64,000 bases of DNA from an uncultured Holophagales bacterium. Lineage in GTDB: Bacteria > Acidobacteriota > Thermoanaerobaculia > Multivoradales > UBA5704. The translations under genes and the position numbers were made by a program. The stretch spans positions 704,001 through 768,000 of the forward strand of contig CAWJGT010000001.1 in the NCBI GenBank assembly GCA_963842525.1, given 5' to 3'. This document shows positions 23,171-33,092 of the stretch, one piece after another. The notes beneath the pieces are model-generated. The model was not told where the DNA came from, did no database searches, and was given only the letters and a program-made list of their open reading frames with translations. The stretch's first letter is position 1. The number at the start of each line of letters is the position of its first letter.

Positions 23171-26100
23171 CTAGCCCTGCGGCTCCGGCTCCAGCACCAC
23201 CTGCACCTGCACGGTGCCGCCGGGGGTGACGGTGATCGGGGTCTCCTTCGGGGCGAACCCATCCTTCTCGACCTTCAGGAGATAGCTCCCCGCAGCCAGC
23301 CGGGGGAATTCGAAGGCGCCCTGATCGTCCGTCTGGACTCTGGGGCCCGAGAAAAAGATGTCCGGCTCCGGGCCACTCCCGCGCAGCGAGACCAGGGCTT
23401 CGGGGACGGGTGAGCCGGCGGGGGTGAGGACGTGGCCTGCAGCGGAGCCGGTAGAGATCTCGATCGACACCTCCTGATCGGAGGTCAGCTCCAGGGACCG
23501 GGCATATCCGGGGCCGGCGTCGGGCGCGATGAGCAACTGCCAGGCTCCGGGCTGCAGGCCGTCGATCTCGAAGCTCCCGTCGTACCGGGTCGATGCCCGG
23601 CGCGTCTCGGAGCCCTGGCGTTGCGAGGCAACCAGGATGTCGGTTCCCGGCAGAGGCTTTCCGTCCAGAAGAACCTGGCCCGACAACTTGAGGCCGGCCG
23701 CGAATTGGAGGTCCAGCACCACCTCCTCTCCCGCCGGGGCGACCTCGACGGAGCCCTCGGCCTGCCGGTGGGGGTACAGGTACGCGAACACCCGCCAGGT
23801 TCCCGGAGCGGCATCAGGGATCTGATAGCGGCTCCCCGGGCCGACGGTCCCGAAGAGGCGGCCCCCGGGCGGCCCTTCGAGCATCGCTACGATCTCAGCT
23901 CCGGCCAGCTCGTCCGCGGGCAGTCCCAGGAGGCTCCCCACGATCCGGGCCCCTCGGGCGAGCCTCAGCTCGAGGCCCTCGACGGGCCGGCCAGCAATGT
24001 GGACCTCGCGCGGGTCCAGCGTCCGTGCGAAGCCGGAAGCGCTCCCCTCCAGTTGAAAGATCCCATTGGTAACGGCCGGGAACAGGAAGGTGCCATCCAT
24101 GCGGGAGCGGGTGGAAAAGGTCTGGCGCGAGCGGACCGGCCTCAGGAGGAGGGCCACAGCCGGCAGCGGCGTCCCCTGTGCGTCCGTCACCCGGCCGGAG
24201 ACCTCGACGCCGCTGTCGAACGCGAAGTCGAGGCGGTTCACGCCCGGCCGGACCTCCGTGGGCCTCTGCAGGAGCTGGTCGTTGCCTTCGACCCTGACCA
24301 TGACATTGTGCTCCCCCAGCTCGAGCCCCTCCAGGCGATAGCGCCCCTCGGTGTCCGTCGCGCCGTGGGGCGAGGAGAGCATCCGATCGTCGCGGTCCTC
24401 GAGATGGGCGCGGACGTCCGCCCCGGCCACAGGCTCTCCGCGGCCATCCACGACGCGGCCTTCGAGGATGGCACCCCTTTCCAGCGTGACCTCGACCGGG
24501 GCGGCATCGCCCTGCTCCGGGAACCGCAGCCCCCGGACCAGCCGCATCCGATAGCCTGGGGCCCTCACGCCGAACGAGACCTCCCCCGCATCACCGGTCA
24601 GGACGAACTTCCCCTCGCCGTCGGTCGTCGTCGGGTGGTAGGACCAGTGGCCGTAGCCCGTCTTCCCGCCGCCGAGGCCCCTCTCGTGCTCGGTGAACGT
24701 GATGACCTGCGCTCCGGCGACCGGCCGCCCTTCGGGGTCCAGCACCCGGCCGGTCAAGCGGCGAAGCGCCAGATCCTGGAGCACGACCTGGACCGGCTCG
24801 AGCGTTGGCGCCTCCAACCCGGGAAGGTTGCTCTCGGCATATCCCTCGCGCGAGACGCTCAAGTGGAACCGCCGTCCCCGCGCCAGACCCGTGAGGCGGA
24901 AGCGCCCGTCGGGACCCGTGACGACTGTGGCGCCGGTGGAGGGATACGGATCTACCGAAGCGCCCTCGACCGGAGCTCCGCGCGCGTCGATCACCCGTCC
25001 TTCGACCTCCACGCCCTCCTGCAGTGTGACCGTCCCCAGGTCCACCTCGCCCGCCGTCCCCGTGATCTCCACGCCCGGCAGGCGGACCGACACGAGCTTC
25101 GGGTGCTCCACCCACAGATCGAAGCGTCCCGCAAACAGGTTCTGGAAGCGGAACGCGCCGGCAGCGTCCGAGATGGTCCTGAAGAGCTGCCTCCCAGGGT
25201 CGTGCGACCGCCTGGGATTCTGCTCCCCTCCTTCCGCTGCGCGGCGAAGAGTCAGCCTCGCCCCTGGAATCGCAGCCCCCTGCTCGTCCAGGACCTTCCC
25301 GACGGCAGTGCTGCCCCGGCTCAGGACGATCCGCAGAGGGGGTGTGGCTTGCCCCGGAGACGAAGACCAGGCCGGCAGGAGGGCTTCCGCGAACGCCTCC
25401 CGGGTGACCCTGACCTCATAAGGCGCCGCGGCAGGGAGGCCGCGGATCTGGAAGCTCCCGTCCGGGTTGCTCCAGACCGCATCCCGGGACGCCAGAAGGC
25501 CGCGCTCAGAGCCCGGCGCTGTGGCCTCGAGCCGGGCGTCACCGACCGGCCGGCCTTCGGAATCCACGACACGCCCGAGGATCGAGCCGGCGGGATCCAG
25601 CAGCACGGTGATGTCCGGAGAGCTCCCTTTCTGCGGCTGCTGAGACGATTGCACATGGGCCGCCGCGACGGCCCGGAAGGAGGCCTGCTGCGAGCCCGGC
25701 GCGAGAGGAAGGCGGAAGCCGCCGTCCGCCCCGGCCCGCACCCAGGTGCGCCTGCCCCAGAGCAGCGCTCCGGGCAGGGGAGCGCGCGTGGCCGCGTCGA
25801 GCACCCGCCCTGCAACGACGGCCGGGCTGTTGGACAGGGTGACGACCTTCGGCTTCGACCCGTCCTCATCCGGACCGAAGGTCAGCTCCGCCCACTCTCC
25901 GGTGGGACCTTCCAGCATCAGCCCGGCACGTTGCTGTGGGACGAGCAGGCTCAGCCGGCCGGCCGCGCCGGTTGCGGTGATCGGCCGTCGCTGTTGCCAG
26001 AGCACGGCGCCGGCGACCGGTCTGCCGTCCCTGCCGCGAACCTCCACGGTGCGCAGCGGACCGGCGGCGAGGCGGATCGTCTCCTTGCCGCCCACCTGGG

Positions 26101-26773
26101 CTTCGGCCTCCTGGCCGAGGAATGCCGGAGTCAGGGCCGTGAGGTCGATCCGCTCCCCAGCGCGGGCGAACCGTTGCAGGACTTCGGCTGCTTCCTGGCC
26201 AAGGAGCGACAGATCCAGGGCCGGGAGGTCGATCCGCTCCGCAGCGAGGGTGGACAGGTGCAGCTTTCCCTTCTCTCCGGTGGTCCCGCCACCATCGACG
26301 GGCCGCCAGCCGGTGTTCTCCTCCCGAAAATTGAACCCCTGGGGCCCGCTGGCGGAGAAACGGATTCCCGCGAGTGGCTGCCCTTCGGGTCCCAGGACCG
26401 TCACCTCGGTCTCGACCGCGGGCTTCAGCCGGGCCGGCGGGAGCTCGGTCTCCTCGACCAGCGGTACCGGGTCCCGCTCGACCGCTACGCAACCCGGGGC
26501 CTGGACGCGGATGCGGAAGAGACCCTCCTCGGGAGCGAAAAGCTCGAAGGAACCGTCGGCCAGAGGCCGGGCCGAAGCGAGCGGCGGCGGCTCGGGGCCG
26601 CCCGCGAGGAGACGGAGCGCGTCGTCGTACCCGACAAACGCAGGGAGCAGGTCGATCCGGGCACCGGCGGGAACCGGCGCGGCGATCCGGCCCGTGACCC
26701 GCACCGGCGCCGCCACGACCGGGAGCGCAGCGGCGAGGACGCAGGCCAGCGCGAAGGCAAGCTGTCTCTGCAT
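23171..26773 (-). CDS. Large secreted protein with multiple carboxypeptidase regulatory-like beta-sandwich repeats
   Basis: Signal peptide; repeated GRVxDxxGxPVxGAxV...TDxxGxFxLxGL motifs. Confidence 0.85.
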   Translation of the reverse strand: MQRQLAFALACVLAAALPVVAAPVRVTGRIAAPVPAGARIDLLPAFVGYDDALRLLAGGPEPPPLASARPLADGSFELFAPEEGLFRIRVQAPGCVAVERDPVPLVEETELPPARLKPAVETEVTVLGPEGQPLAGIRFSASGPQGFNFREENTGWRPVDGGGTTGEKGKLHLSTLAAERIDLPALDLSLLGQEAAEVLQRFARAGERIDLTALTPAFLGQEAEAQVGGKETIRLAAGPLRTVEVRGRDGRPVAGAVLWQQRRPITATGAAGRLSLLVPQQRAGLMLEGPTGEWAELTFGPDEDGSKPKVVTLSNSPAVVAGRVLDAATRAPLPGALLWGRRTWVRAGADGGFRLPLAPGSQQASFRAVAAAHVQSSQQPQKGSSPDITVLLDPAGSILGRVVDSEGRPVGDARLEATAPGSERGLLASRDAVWSNPDGSFQIRGLPAAAPYEVRVTREAFAEALLPAWSSSPGQATPPLRIVLSRGSTAVGKVLDEQGAAIPGARLTLRRAAEGGEQNPRRSHDPGRQLFRTISDAAGAFRFQNLFAGRFDLWVEHPKLVSVRLPGVEITGTAGEVDLGTVTLQEGVEVEGRVIDARGAPVEGASVDPYPSTGATVVTGPDGRFRLTGLARGRRFHLSVSREGYAESNLPGLEAPTLEPVQVVLQDLALRRLTGRVLDPEGRPVAGAQVITFTEHERGLGGGKTGYGHWSYHPTTTDGEGKFVLTGDAGEVSFGVRAPGYRMRLVRGLRFPEQGDAAPVEVTLERGAILEGRVVDGRGEPVAGADVRAHLEDRDDRMLSSPHGATDTEGRYRLEGLELGEHNVMVRVEGNDQLLQRPTEVRPGVNRLDFAFDSGVEVSGRVTDAQGTPLPAVALLLRPVRSRQTFSTRSRMDGTFLFPAVTNGIFQLEGSASGFARTLDPREVHIAGRPVEGLELRLARGARIVGSLLGLPADELAGAEIVAMLEGPPGGRLFGTVGPGSRYQIPDAAPGTWRVFAYLYPHRQAEGSVEVAPAGEEVVLDLQFAAGLKLSGQVLLDGKPLPGTDILVASQRQGSETRRASTRYDGSFEIDGLQPGAWQLLIAPDAGPGYARSLELTSDQEVSIEISTGSAAGHVLTPAGSPVPEALVSLRGSGPEPDIFFSGPRVQTDDQGAFEFPRLAAGSYLLKVEKDGFAPKETPITVTPGGTVQVQVVLEPEPQG

Positions 26774-26808
26774 ACGCCTCCTGATCAGATCCTATCCGAA
26801 CGGCCCGT

Positions 26809-26880
26809 GCTCGAGCACCACTTGAACCTGCGCCGTGCCGCCGGGTGACGGTGAACTTTTCCTGGCGCGACCGGAACCCG
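26809..26880 (-). pseudogene. Diverged duplicate of the 3' end of gene 27751..31296
   Basis: gctcgagcaccacttgaacctgcgccgtgccgccgggtgacggtgaacttttcctggcgcg aligns with gctccagcaccacctgcacctgcaccgcgccgccgggggtgacggtgagcttttcctggcgcg at 27762-27824. Confidence 0.75.
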
Positions 26881-26901
26881 GGCCACCACGCCCGGAGCCG
26901 G

Positions 26902-27008
26902 CTGCGCCGAATTCTGAGCCTCCTGCACCGTGGCGCAGACGACCTGCGCCGTGGCGCGGGCTGCCACGCCGAGGTGCAGGCGGACTACGCCGTGGCGCAG
27001 ATACCCCA
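26902..27008. repeat. Degenerate ~21-nt tandem repeat, about 5 units
   Basis: ctgcgccgaattctgagcctc / ctgcaccgtggcgcagacgac / ctgcgccgtggcgcgggctgc / cacgccgaggtgcaggcggac / tacgccgtggcgcagataccc. Confidence 0.6.
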
Positions 27009-27127
27009 CAAAAACACCAGGAAACTCTACGAATCGGCTGGCTCAGCCCCCGAACCCGTGTAGCTCGAAGACTTTACGGCGCAGAAAGCCCTGAGCTCGC
27101 CCGGCTGGCCGCCGACCCGGAGCAGCT

Positions 27128-27657
27128 CTATCCGTCCGTTTTCTGGGCCGCCTCCGAGTACATCGCATCCAGCCCCACCCCGGCCAGCTCCAGCGACACC
27201 CCACCCGCCGCGGCAAGCAACAGCTTCAGCGACTCCGGCGACCGCACCAGGCAGAGCGCCACGTGCAGGGCGGGCGGAATGTCGTCGTTGAACAGCTCCA
27301 GGTGCGCCACCACCCCGCCCCAATCGCCCCGGCTTTCGATGCCATAGCCGAGGAGGTCCGGCTCGCTCCGCAGCCGGAACGCCTGATCGCGGCCCGTGGC
27401 CGGCAACACCGCCGCCAGCAGCCGCGCCAGCCACAGGGTCTTGCACACCGCCACCGGCCGGAAGCCCCGAGTATAGCTTTCACCCGGCCGGAACAGCCCG
27501 TACCCGTGCTCCAAATGCTCTTCGATGTGCCACGGCCCGGCCGCCTCGGCCTCGGCCGCGAACGGCGGCTCGTCCTGCTCGCCAACTCTATCAAGGAAGG
27601 ATGAAACGCGTTGCGGGGGGAGGGAACCTCTTTGCTACTATCGGTGTAGCCACGCAT
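27128..27657 (-). CDS. Hypothetical protein (frameshift near 27590)
   Basis: RBS AAGGAG (27673-27668) and ATG 27657 give MRGYTDSSKEVPSPRNAFHPSL; continues DEPPFAAEAEAAGPWHIEEHLEHGYGLFRPGES into ORF 27128..27514. Confidence 0.6.
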
Positions 27658-27750
27658 GGGCCTCGCACTCCTTGCCAGCGCCCACAAGGGGCGCTTCCCT
27701 CCGCCCCCCGGAGGAGATGTGTGTAAAGGTAGGGGTTGAAACCCCAGGCA

Positions 27751-30700
27751 TCACGGCTCCGGCTCCAGCACCACCTGCACCTGCACCGCGCCGCCGGGGG
27801 TGACGGTGAGCTTTTCCTGGCGCGTTCGGAAGCCATCGGCCCGGATGCTCAGCTCGTAGGTACCCGCGGCCACGCCCGGCATCTCGAAATCGCCCGCATC
27901 GCCGGTCCTCGCGGCGAGCGCCGAGGTCCATGCCGTCTGGTCGTAGACGAGGCCGTGCGCCAGGATCTCCACTCCGGAGACCGGCTCGCCGCTGGCCGCC
28001 AGGACCCGTCCGGCGATCGCACCGGTCGCGATCTCGATGTCGATCTCGCGGTCGGACGTCAGCTCCACCTGCTGGCCGTGTACGATGCCGCGGCCTTCGT
28101 GGAGGATCGTCAACTGGTAGGTGCCGGGCGCGAGGGCCGGAATGGAGAACGCGCCTTCGTAGCCGGTCCGTGCTTCGCCCCCGAACGGCCCTCTCTGCCC
28201 TGGCCCGTAAGCCGTCAGCTTCGCACCCCGCAGCGGCTCGCCGTCCACCAGCACGCGCCCGCTCAGGGTCACCCCCTTCTCGAAGCTCAGGTCGAGATGG
28301 ACCTCGCGATCTTCCGGCTCGATCCGGACCGTCCCGGCGGCCTTCCGGCCGGACGGTGTGGTCGCGGTCACGTTCCAGTCGCCGGGCGTGAGGCCCTCGA
28401 CGGTGTAGCTCCCATCCCAGCTCGCACGGCCCTGACGATCGAAGTCGAAGCGCTTGCTGGTCCCGATCTGCACCTGTGCGAGCTCCTCCGGGTCCAGGCC
28501 GGAAATCCGCCCCCGGAGGGTAGCTTCCGGCTGGCGCTTCAGCCGGACCTCGATCCCGGAGACCGGTGCTCCCGCTACCTGCATCGGGCTCGGATCCGCT
28601 TCGGCGAACCCCTGGCGCCGGACCGTCAGTCTGTAGGTCCCATCCTTGACGTAGGACAGAAGGAACGATCCGTCGGCCGCGGTGGAGGACCCGAAGCCCG
28701 AGACGTTGTCATTGCGCAGGATGACCTCGGCGCCGGAGATGGGATCTCCCGACTCCTCGTCGAGCACCTGGCCGGAGACCTCGACGCCGGCGGCCTTCTC
28801 CAGGACGATCTCGACCTCGTTGGCCCCGGGCTGGACCGTGACCTTCACCTCGGCCGGCAGGCCGACGGCAGACATGGCGGTGACCGAAAACACTCCCGGC
28901 TCGAGGTTCAGAGAGAATCGTCCATTGCCGTCCGTGAGAGCTCTTTCGCTCTGCCAGGAGGCGCGCCGGGTGGCACCGATCTCCTCCGAGGACCGGACCG
29001 GCCGCGCCCAGATGCTGACCTTCGGCAAGGGCTCACCTGCCGAATCGCGCACGCGGCCGTCCAGCACGGAGCCCCCTTCGAGCGAGATCTCCAGGCCGTC
29101 GAGGTCCCGGTTGTCCGGAACCCGCAGGCCGAACAGGCGCCGATTCTTGTAGCCGCGGGCGGCGACCTCCAGATCGAGGCTCCCGGGCGGCAGGTTCGGG
29201 ATCCGGAACTCTCCGTCCGGCCCCGTCCGGCCCCCCTCCCGCGTCGACTGGGAGATGCCGCCTCTGGCCCTGTCGTCCTGGACGAGGAGGACGCTGGCGT
29301 CCACGACCGGCTCGCCGCTCGGGCCGAGCACCCTGCCGGAGGCGCTGCGGGCGGTGGCGAGCTCGATGTCGAGGGGCACCAGGGTCGGGGCCTGCACGCC
29401 CATCGCCTCGGCAGGAGGATGGCCGGGATGCACGATCCGCAGGTCGTAGCGCCTCCCGGGCCGGAGGTCGGCGAGGAGGAAGCGGCCGTCCGCGCCGGTC
29501 CGCGCCCGTAACTGGGGCTCTGGCGGGAGAGGTGGATGCTCCATGCTCATCCTTCCACGGACCGGGAGCGCCGCGATCTCGGCCCCTGCGACCGGTGCTC
29601 CCTGGCGGTCCCGCACGGTCCCCTCCAGGGCCGCTCCGCGAAGGAGGGTCACGACGCCGAGGTCGGTGGCGGGTGTGCTGGCGATCTCGACGCCGGCACG
29701 GCGGAGCGGAGCGAACCCCCGGCGCTCCACCTTCAGGTCGTACAGGCCCGGGCTCAGCCGGCGGACCTCGAAGCGGCCGTCTGCACCAGACGAAGCGCGA
29801 AATTCCTCCTCGTCGAACCCCATCGGCCCCGGGACCGCCAGGCTCACCGCGGTGCCTCCCACCGGCTGCCCGGACTCGTCGACCAGCCGGCCGCGCGCCG
29901 ACCGGCCGGTGTCCAGGACGATCCGGACCGGAGCCGGCGCACGGCCCGGGGATGCCGTGCGGGCCGTGGCCGAGGCACGGGCAAACCCGTCCGCGGACAC
30001 GGAGAGCTGGTAGATCGCCCGCGGCAGGAGGCCCCGCAGCCGGAAGCGGCCGTCCGGCCTGCTCCAGGCGCGCTCCCCTTCTCTGAAGTACCGGGGGCGG
30101 GCGTCCTCCAGGGTTTCGACGCGGGCCCATGGCACCGGCCTCCCCTGCGCGTCCTCGATGCGGCCCTCGACAGCGGCCTCGAGGCGCAGCGCGACCGCCA
30201 CCTCGACGCCGCGGACCGGCAGGTAGTCCGGGCTCAGGTATCCCGCGGCGAAGACGCCGAGCTGGGGAGAGAGACCCCAGGGCACCGGCAGGCGGAAGCG
30301 GCCGGACACATCTGTCCGGACCGGCGGCGCGCTAAGCCGGGGCTCGCTCCAGACGAGGGCACCGGCCACGGGCCTGCCGGAGCCGGCCTCGGTCACCCGC
30401 CCGCGGACGAGCTGCGGCGGCGCGGTCCACAGCGGCCACGGCCGCCCCGGGACCAGGGCCGGTGGAGGTGCATTCGGGATGCCGGCCCACCGGCCGTCCG
30501 GCGTCTCGATCGTCAGGAGCTGCGCTCCGTGGATCTCTTCGAGGCTCACCTTCAACCGCCCGTCGGGACCGGAGAGGCCGACCGGCTGCGATCCCCGGCG
30601 GAGGAGAGCCCGCGGCACCGGACGGCCCTCGGCGCCCTGGATCTCGACGAGGTAGAGAACGGCGGGTTGTCGGAGCTCCACCGAGGAGCCATCGACCGCT

Positions 30701-31296
30701 TGCTGCACCAGCCAGAAAGCGCCGCCGCTCGCGGCGTACAGGCTCATCGATTCGTCCGGAGACTGCGGCAGAGCGAGCTTCCCGTCCGGCCCGGTCCGGC
30801 CCCGTCGCGGGACCCGCTGCCAGCCGGAAGGGCGTGCGAGGTCCCGCATGTCCGGAAGGGATTCGGCGAGCACGAGCAGATCCGGAAGGGGCCGGCCACG
30901 GGGGCCCATCGCCCGCACCTCCAGGGACGAGGAGGCGGGCTCCAGCTCCACCGGGGACAGCTCCTTGATGCCCCCGACTGCGACCCCGGGCTGCTCGAGC
31001 GGCAGATACCCGTCGGCCCGCACGACCACGCGATAGAGCCCGCTCTCCGGAGCTTCCAGCTCGAACGCACCGTCAAGTCCCGGCCGCGTCGAGGCCAGAG
31101 GAGGAAGCTCGGTCCCTTCGAGCCGCCGCACGGCGTCCGCATAGGTCTCGACCGCCGGGAACAGCTCGGCCCTGGCGCCAGCCGCCTGTGCGGCAGGGCC
31201 GAGGATCCGGCCGCGGATCCGCACCGGCTCGGCCGCCATCGGCGAAGCGAGGGCCAGGATCGAGAGGACGGCGAGAGCGCAGCGTGTGCCCTGCAT
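27751..31296 (-). CDS. Large secreted carboxypeptidase regulatory-like repeat protein, paralog of 23171..26773
   Basis: Same repeat motif; near-identical C-terminus TVTPGG(A/T)VQVQVVLEPEP. Confidence 0.85.
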   Translation of the reverse strand: MQGTRCALAVLSILALASPMAAEPVRIRGRILGPAAQAAGARAELFPAVETYADAVRRLEGTELPPLASTRPGLDGAFELEAPESGLYRVVVRADGYLPLEQPGVAVGGIKELSPVELEPASSSLEVRAMGPRGRPLPDLLVLAESLPDMRDLARPSGWQRVPRRGRTGPDGKLALPQSPDESMSLYAASGGAFWLVQQAVDGSSVELRQPAVLYLVEIQGAEGRPVPRALLRRGSQPVGLSGPDGRLKVSLEEIHGAQLLTIETPDGRWAGIPNAPPPALVPGRPWPLWTAPPQLVRGRVTEAGSGRPVAGALVWSEPRLSAPPVRTDVSGRFRLPVPWGLSPQLGVFAAGYLSPDYLPVRGVEVAVALRLEAAVEGRIEDAQGRPVPWARVETLEDARPRYFREGERAWSRPDGRFRLRGLLPRAIYQLSVSADGFARASATARTASPGRAPAPVRIVLDTGRSARGRLVDESGQPVGGTAVSLAVPGPMGFDEEEFRASSGADGRFEVRRLSPGLYDLKVERRGFAPLRRAGVEIASTPATDLGVVTLLRGAALEGTVRDRQGAPVAGAEIAALPVRGRMSMEHPPLPPEPQLRARTGADGRFLLADLRPGRRYDLRIVHPGHPPAEAMGVQAPTLVPLDIELATARSASGRVLGPSGEPVVDASVLLVQDDRARGGISQSTREGGRTGPDGEFRIPNLPPGSLDLEVAARGYKNRRLFGLRVPDNRDLDGLEISLEGGSVLDGRVRDSAGEPLPKVSIWARPVRSSEEIGATRRASWQSERALTDGNGRFSLNLEPGVFSVTAMSAVGLPAEVKVTVQPGANEVEIVLEKAAGVEVSGQVLDEESGDPISGAEVILRNDNVSGFGSSTAADGSFLLSYVKDGTYRLTVRRQGFAEADPSPMQVAGAPVSGIEVRLKRQPEATLRGRISGLDPEELAQVQIGTSKRFDFDRQGRASWDGSYTVEGLTPGDWNVTATTPSGRKAAGTVRIEPEDREVHLDLSFEKGVTLSGRVLVDGEPLRGAKLTAYGPGQRGPFGGEARTGYEGAFSIPALAPGTYQLTILHEGRGIVHGQQVELTSDREIDIEIATGAIAGRVLAASGEPVSGVEILAHGLVYDQTAWTSALAARTGDAGDFEMPGVAAGTYELSIRADGFRTRQEKLTVTPGGAVQVQVVLEPEP

Positions 31297-31355
31297 GCTT
31301 CGGTCTCCTTCTGGAATTCTACCCCCGGTGGCCTGTGATAAAACCCTTCCACGTC

Positions 31356-33086
31356 ATGAACGCGAAAACCCTTCTCGCCGCTCTGCTCCTGCTCCCCGCC
31401 TCTGCCTCCGCCGCTCCGGCCTGCCAGAGCCTCGCCCCGCACCTGGACGCGGGCGGCAAGGCGGTCCATGTCATCGCCGAATGGACCGGGCCGCTCGGAT
31501 TCCAGCACTACCGCAAGACGGTCGCCGGCTCGCTGCGAGAAGCCGGCGCGGCCGACGCTGCAGCAAAAGTCGAGGCGCTGGAGCCGGGCCGGCCCGTGCC
31601 GCCGGAGTCGTCGGACCTGGCCGCCTGCCTGCTGCGCCACTACACCGTGGCCCGGTACGGCGAGCGGATCGTGGCCGACCTGCGCGACCTGGTGCGCTTC
31701 CGCACCTACGCCGAAGAGGGCCGGGAGAACTGGAACGCCCCCGAATTCCTGCGCCAGCGCGAGTGGCTGGAGCGCCGCGCCCGCGACCTGCGCCTCGCCT
31801 TCAAGTCATACGACGGACGGGTCGAGGAAGTCACTCTCGCCGGGCCGGCCCCGATCCTCGCCGTGCTCACCCACGGCGACGTGCAGGACGTCGCGAACCA
31901 GCACTGGTCCTCGCCGCCCTGGGAGGCCCACCTGGTCGGCGAAGGAGGGAGCGCGAAGATCGTGGGCCGCGGCACCGAGGACGACAAGGGGCCGATCGCG
32001 GCCACCCTCTGGTCCATGGCGGCCCTGCGCGATACCGGCTGGCCGCTGGCCAGCACCGTCCGCCTGCTGGTGGCCAATGCCGAAGAGTCGAGCTGGGAGG
32101 AGATCCCCTACTACCTGGAGCGGGCGCCGATGCCGGACATGACGATCGGCGTCGACGCCTCCTACCCGGTGACTCATGCGCAGAAGGGCTACGGCGTCCT
32201 GACCTTCCGGGGCCGGGGGGCCACCCAGGACGAGCCGGCGGACTGGCAGGTGATGCAGATGTCCGGCGGCAGCGGCATGTCGATCATCCCGGAATCGGGC
32301 GAGGCCGTGCTCGAGCCGGTCGCCACCCGGAGCGAACGGAAGGCTGAGCTTCCCGCCGAGCTGCCCCGCCTCGCAGCAGAGTGGTCCGCGGCCCATCCGC
32401 CGGCGCGGATCACGGTGCGCCAGGAAGGGAGCAGCTTCAAGGTGACGGCCGAGGGAAAGGGAGGCCACTCGTCCGAGCCCGCGAGCGGGCACAATGCCCT
32501 GGGGGACCTCACGGCGTTCCTGGCCACCCTCCACCTGAAGATGGACGCCTGGGGTTCTCTCGCGGCCTTTGTGGGGAAATTCGTCGGGACCGAGACGGAC
32601 GGCCGCTCGCTAGGCATCGCACACCGCGACGAGGTGATGGGCGACCTCACCTCGAACCTCTCCTTCCTGCGCGAAGACAAGGGCGTTCCCATCGCCGAGG
32701 TCAACATCCGGGTGCCCCGGGGCATTACCAACGCCGCGATCACCAAGCGCATCGCCGAGCTGGCTGCCGGGTTCCGGAACCTGACCGCAGCGGCCGTCGA
32801 CACCGAATCCGCCCTCCTCAGCGAGCCGCACCTCGCTCCCACGGACAGCAAGCTCGTCTCGACGCTCCTCGCCGTCTGGCAGGAGGTGACTGGAACGCCC
32901 GGCCGCCCCATCGCCATCGGCGGCGGCACCCAGGCACGGCTGTTCAAGGGGGGCGTCGACTTCGGCCCGGCCAGCTCGATGGAGCACTACCGCGGCCACG
33001 GCCCGGACGAGTACCTCACCGTCGACGAGCTCCACCGCATCGCGGAGCTCACGGTGACGGCGCTCTGGCGGCTGGGATCCCAATGA
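31356..33086 (+). CDS. Secreted M20/M25/M40 family metallopeptidase (PepV-like)
   Basis: THGDV, GRGTEDDKGP, NAEES, GKGGHSS, GGGTQAR, GHGPDEY; signal peptide MNAKTLLAALLLL. Confidence 0.88.
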   Translation: MNAKTLLAALLLLPASASAAPACQSLAPHLDAGGKAVHVIAEWTGPLGFQHYRKTVAGSLREAGAADAAAKVEALEPGRPVPPESSDLAACLLRHYTVARYGERIVADLRDLVRFRTYAEEGRENWNAPEFLRQREWLERRARDLRLAFKSYDGRVEEVTLAGPAPILAVLTHGDVQDVANQHWSSPPWEAHLVGEGGSAKIVGRGTEDDKGPIAATLWSMAALRDTGWPLASTVRLLVANAEESSWEEIPYYLERAPMPDMTIGVDASYPVTHAQKGYGVLTFRGRGATQDEPADWQVMQMSGGSGMSIIPESGEAVLEPVATRSERKAELPAELPRLAAEWSAAHPPARITVRQEGSSFKVTAEGKGGHSSEPASGHNALGDLTAFLATLHLKMDAWGSLAAFVGKFVGTETDGRSLGIAHRDEVMGDLTSNLSFLREDKGVPIAEVNIRVPRGITNAAITKRIAELAAGFRNLTAAAVDTESALLSEPHLAPTDSKLVSTLLAVWQEVTGTPGRPIAIGGGTQARLFKGGVDFGPASSMEHYRGHGPDEYLTVDELHRIAELTVTALWRLGSQ

Positions 33087-33092
33087 AGGAAA

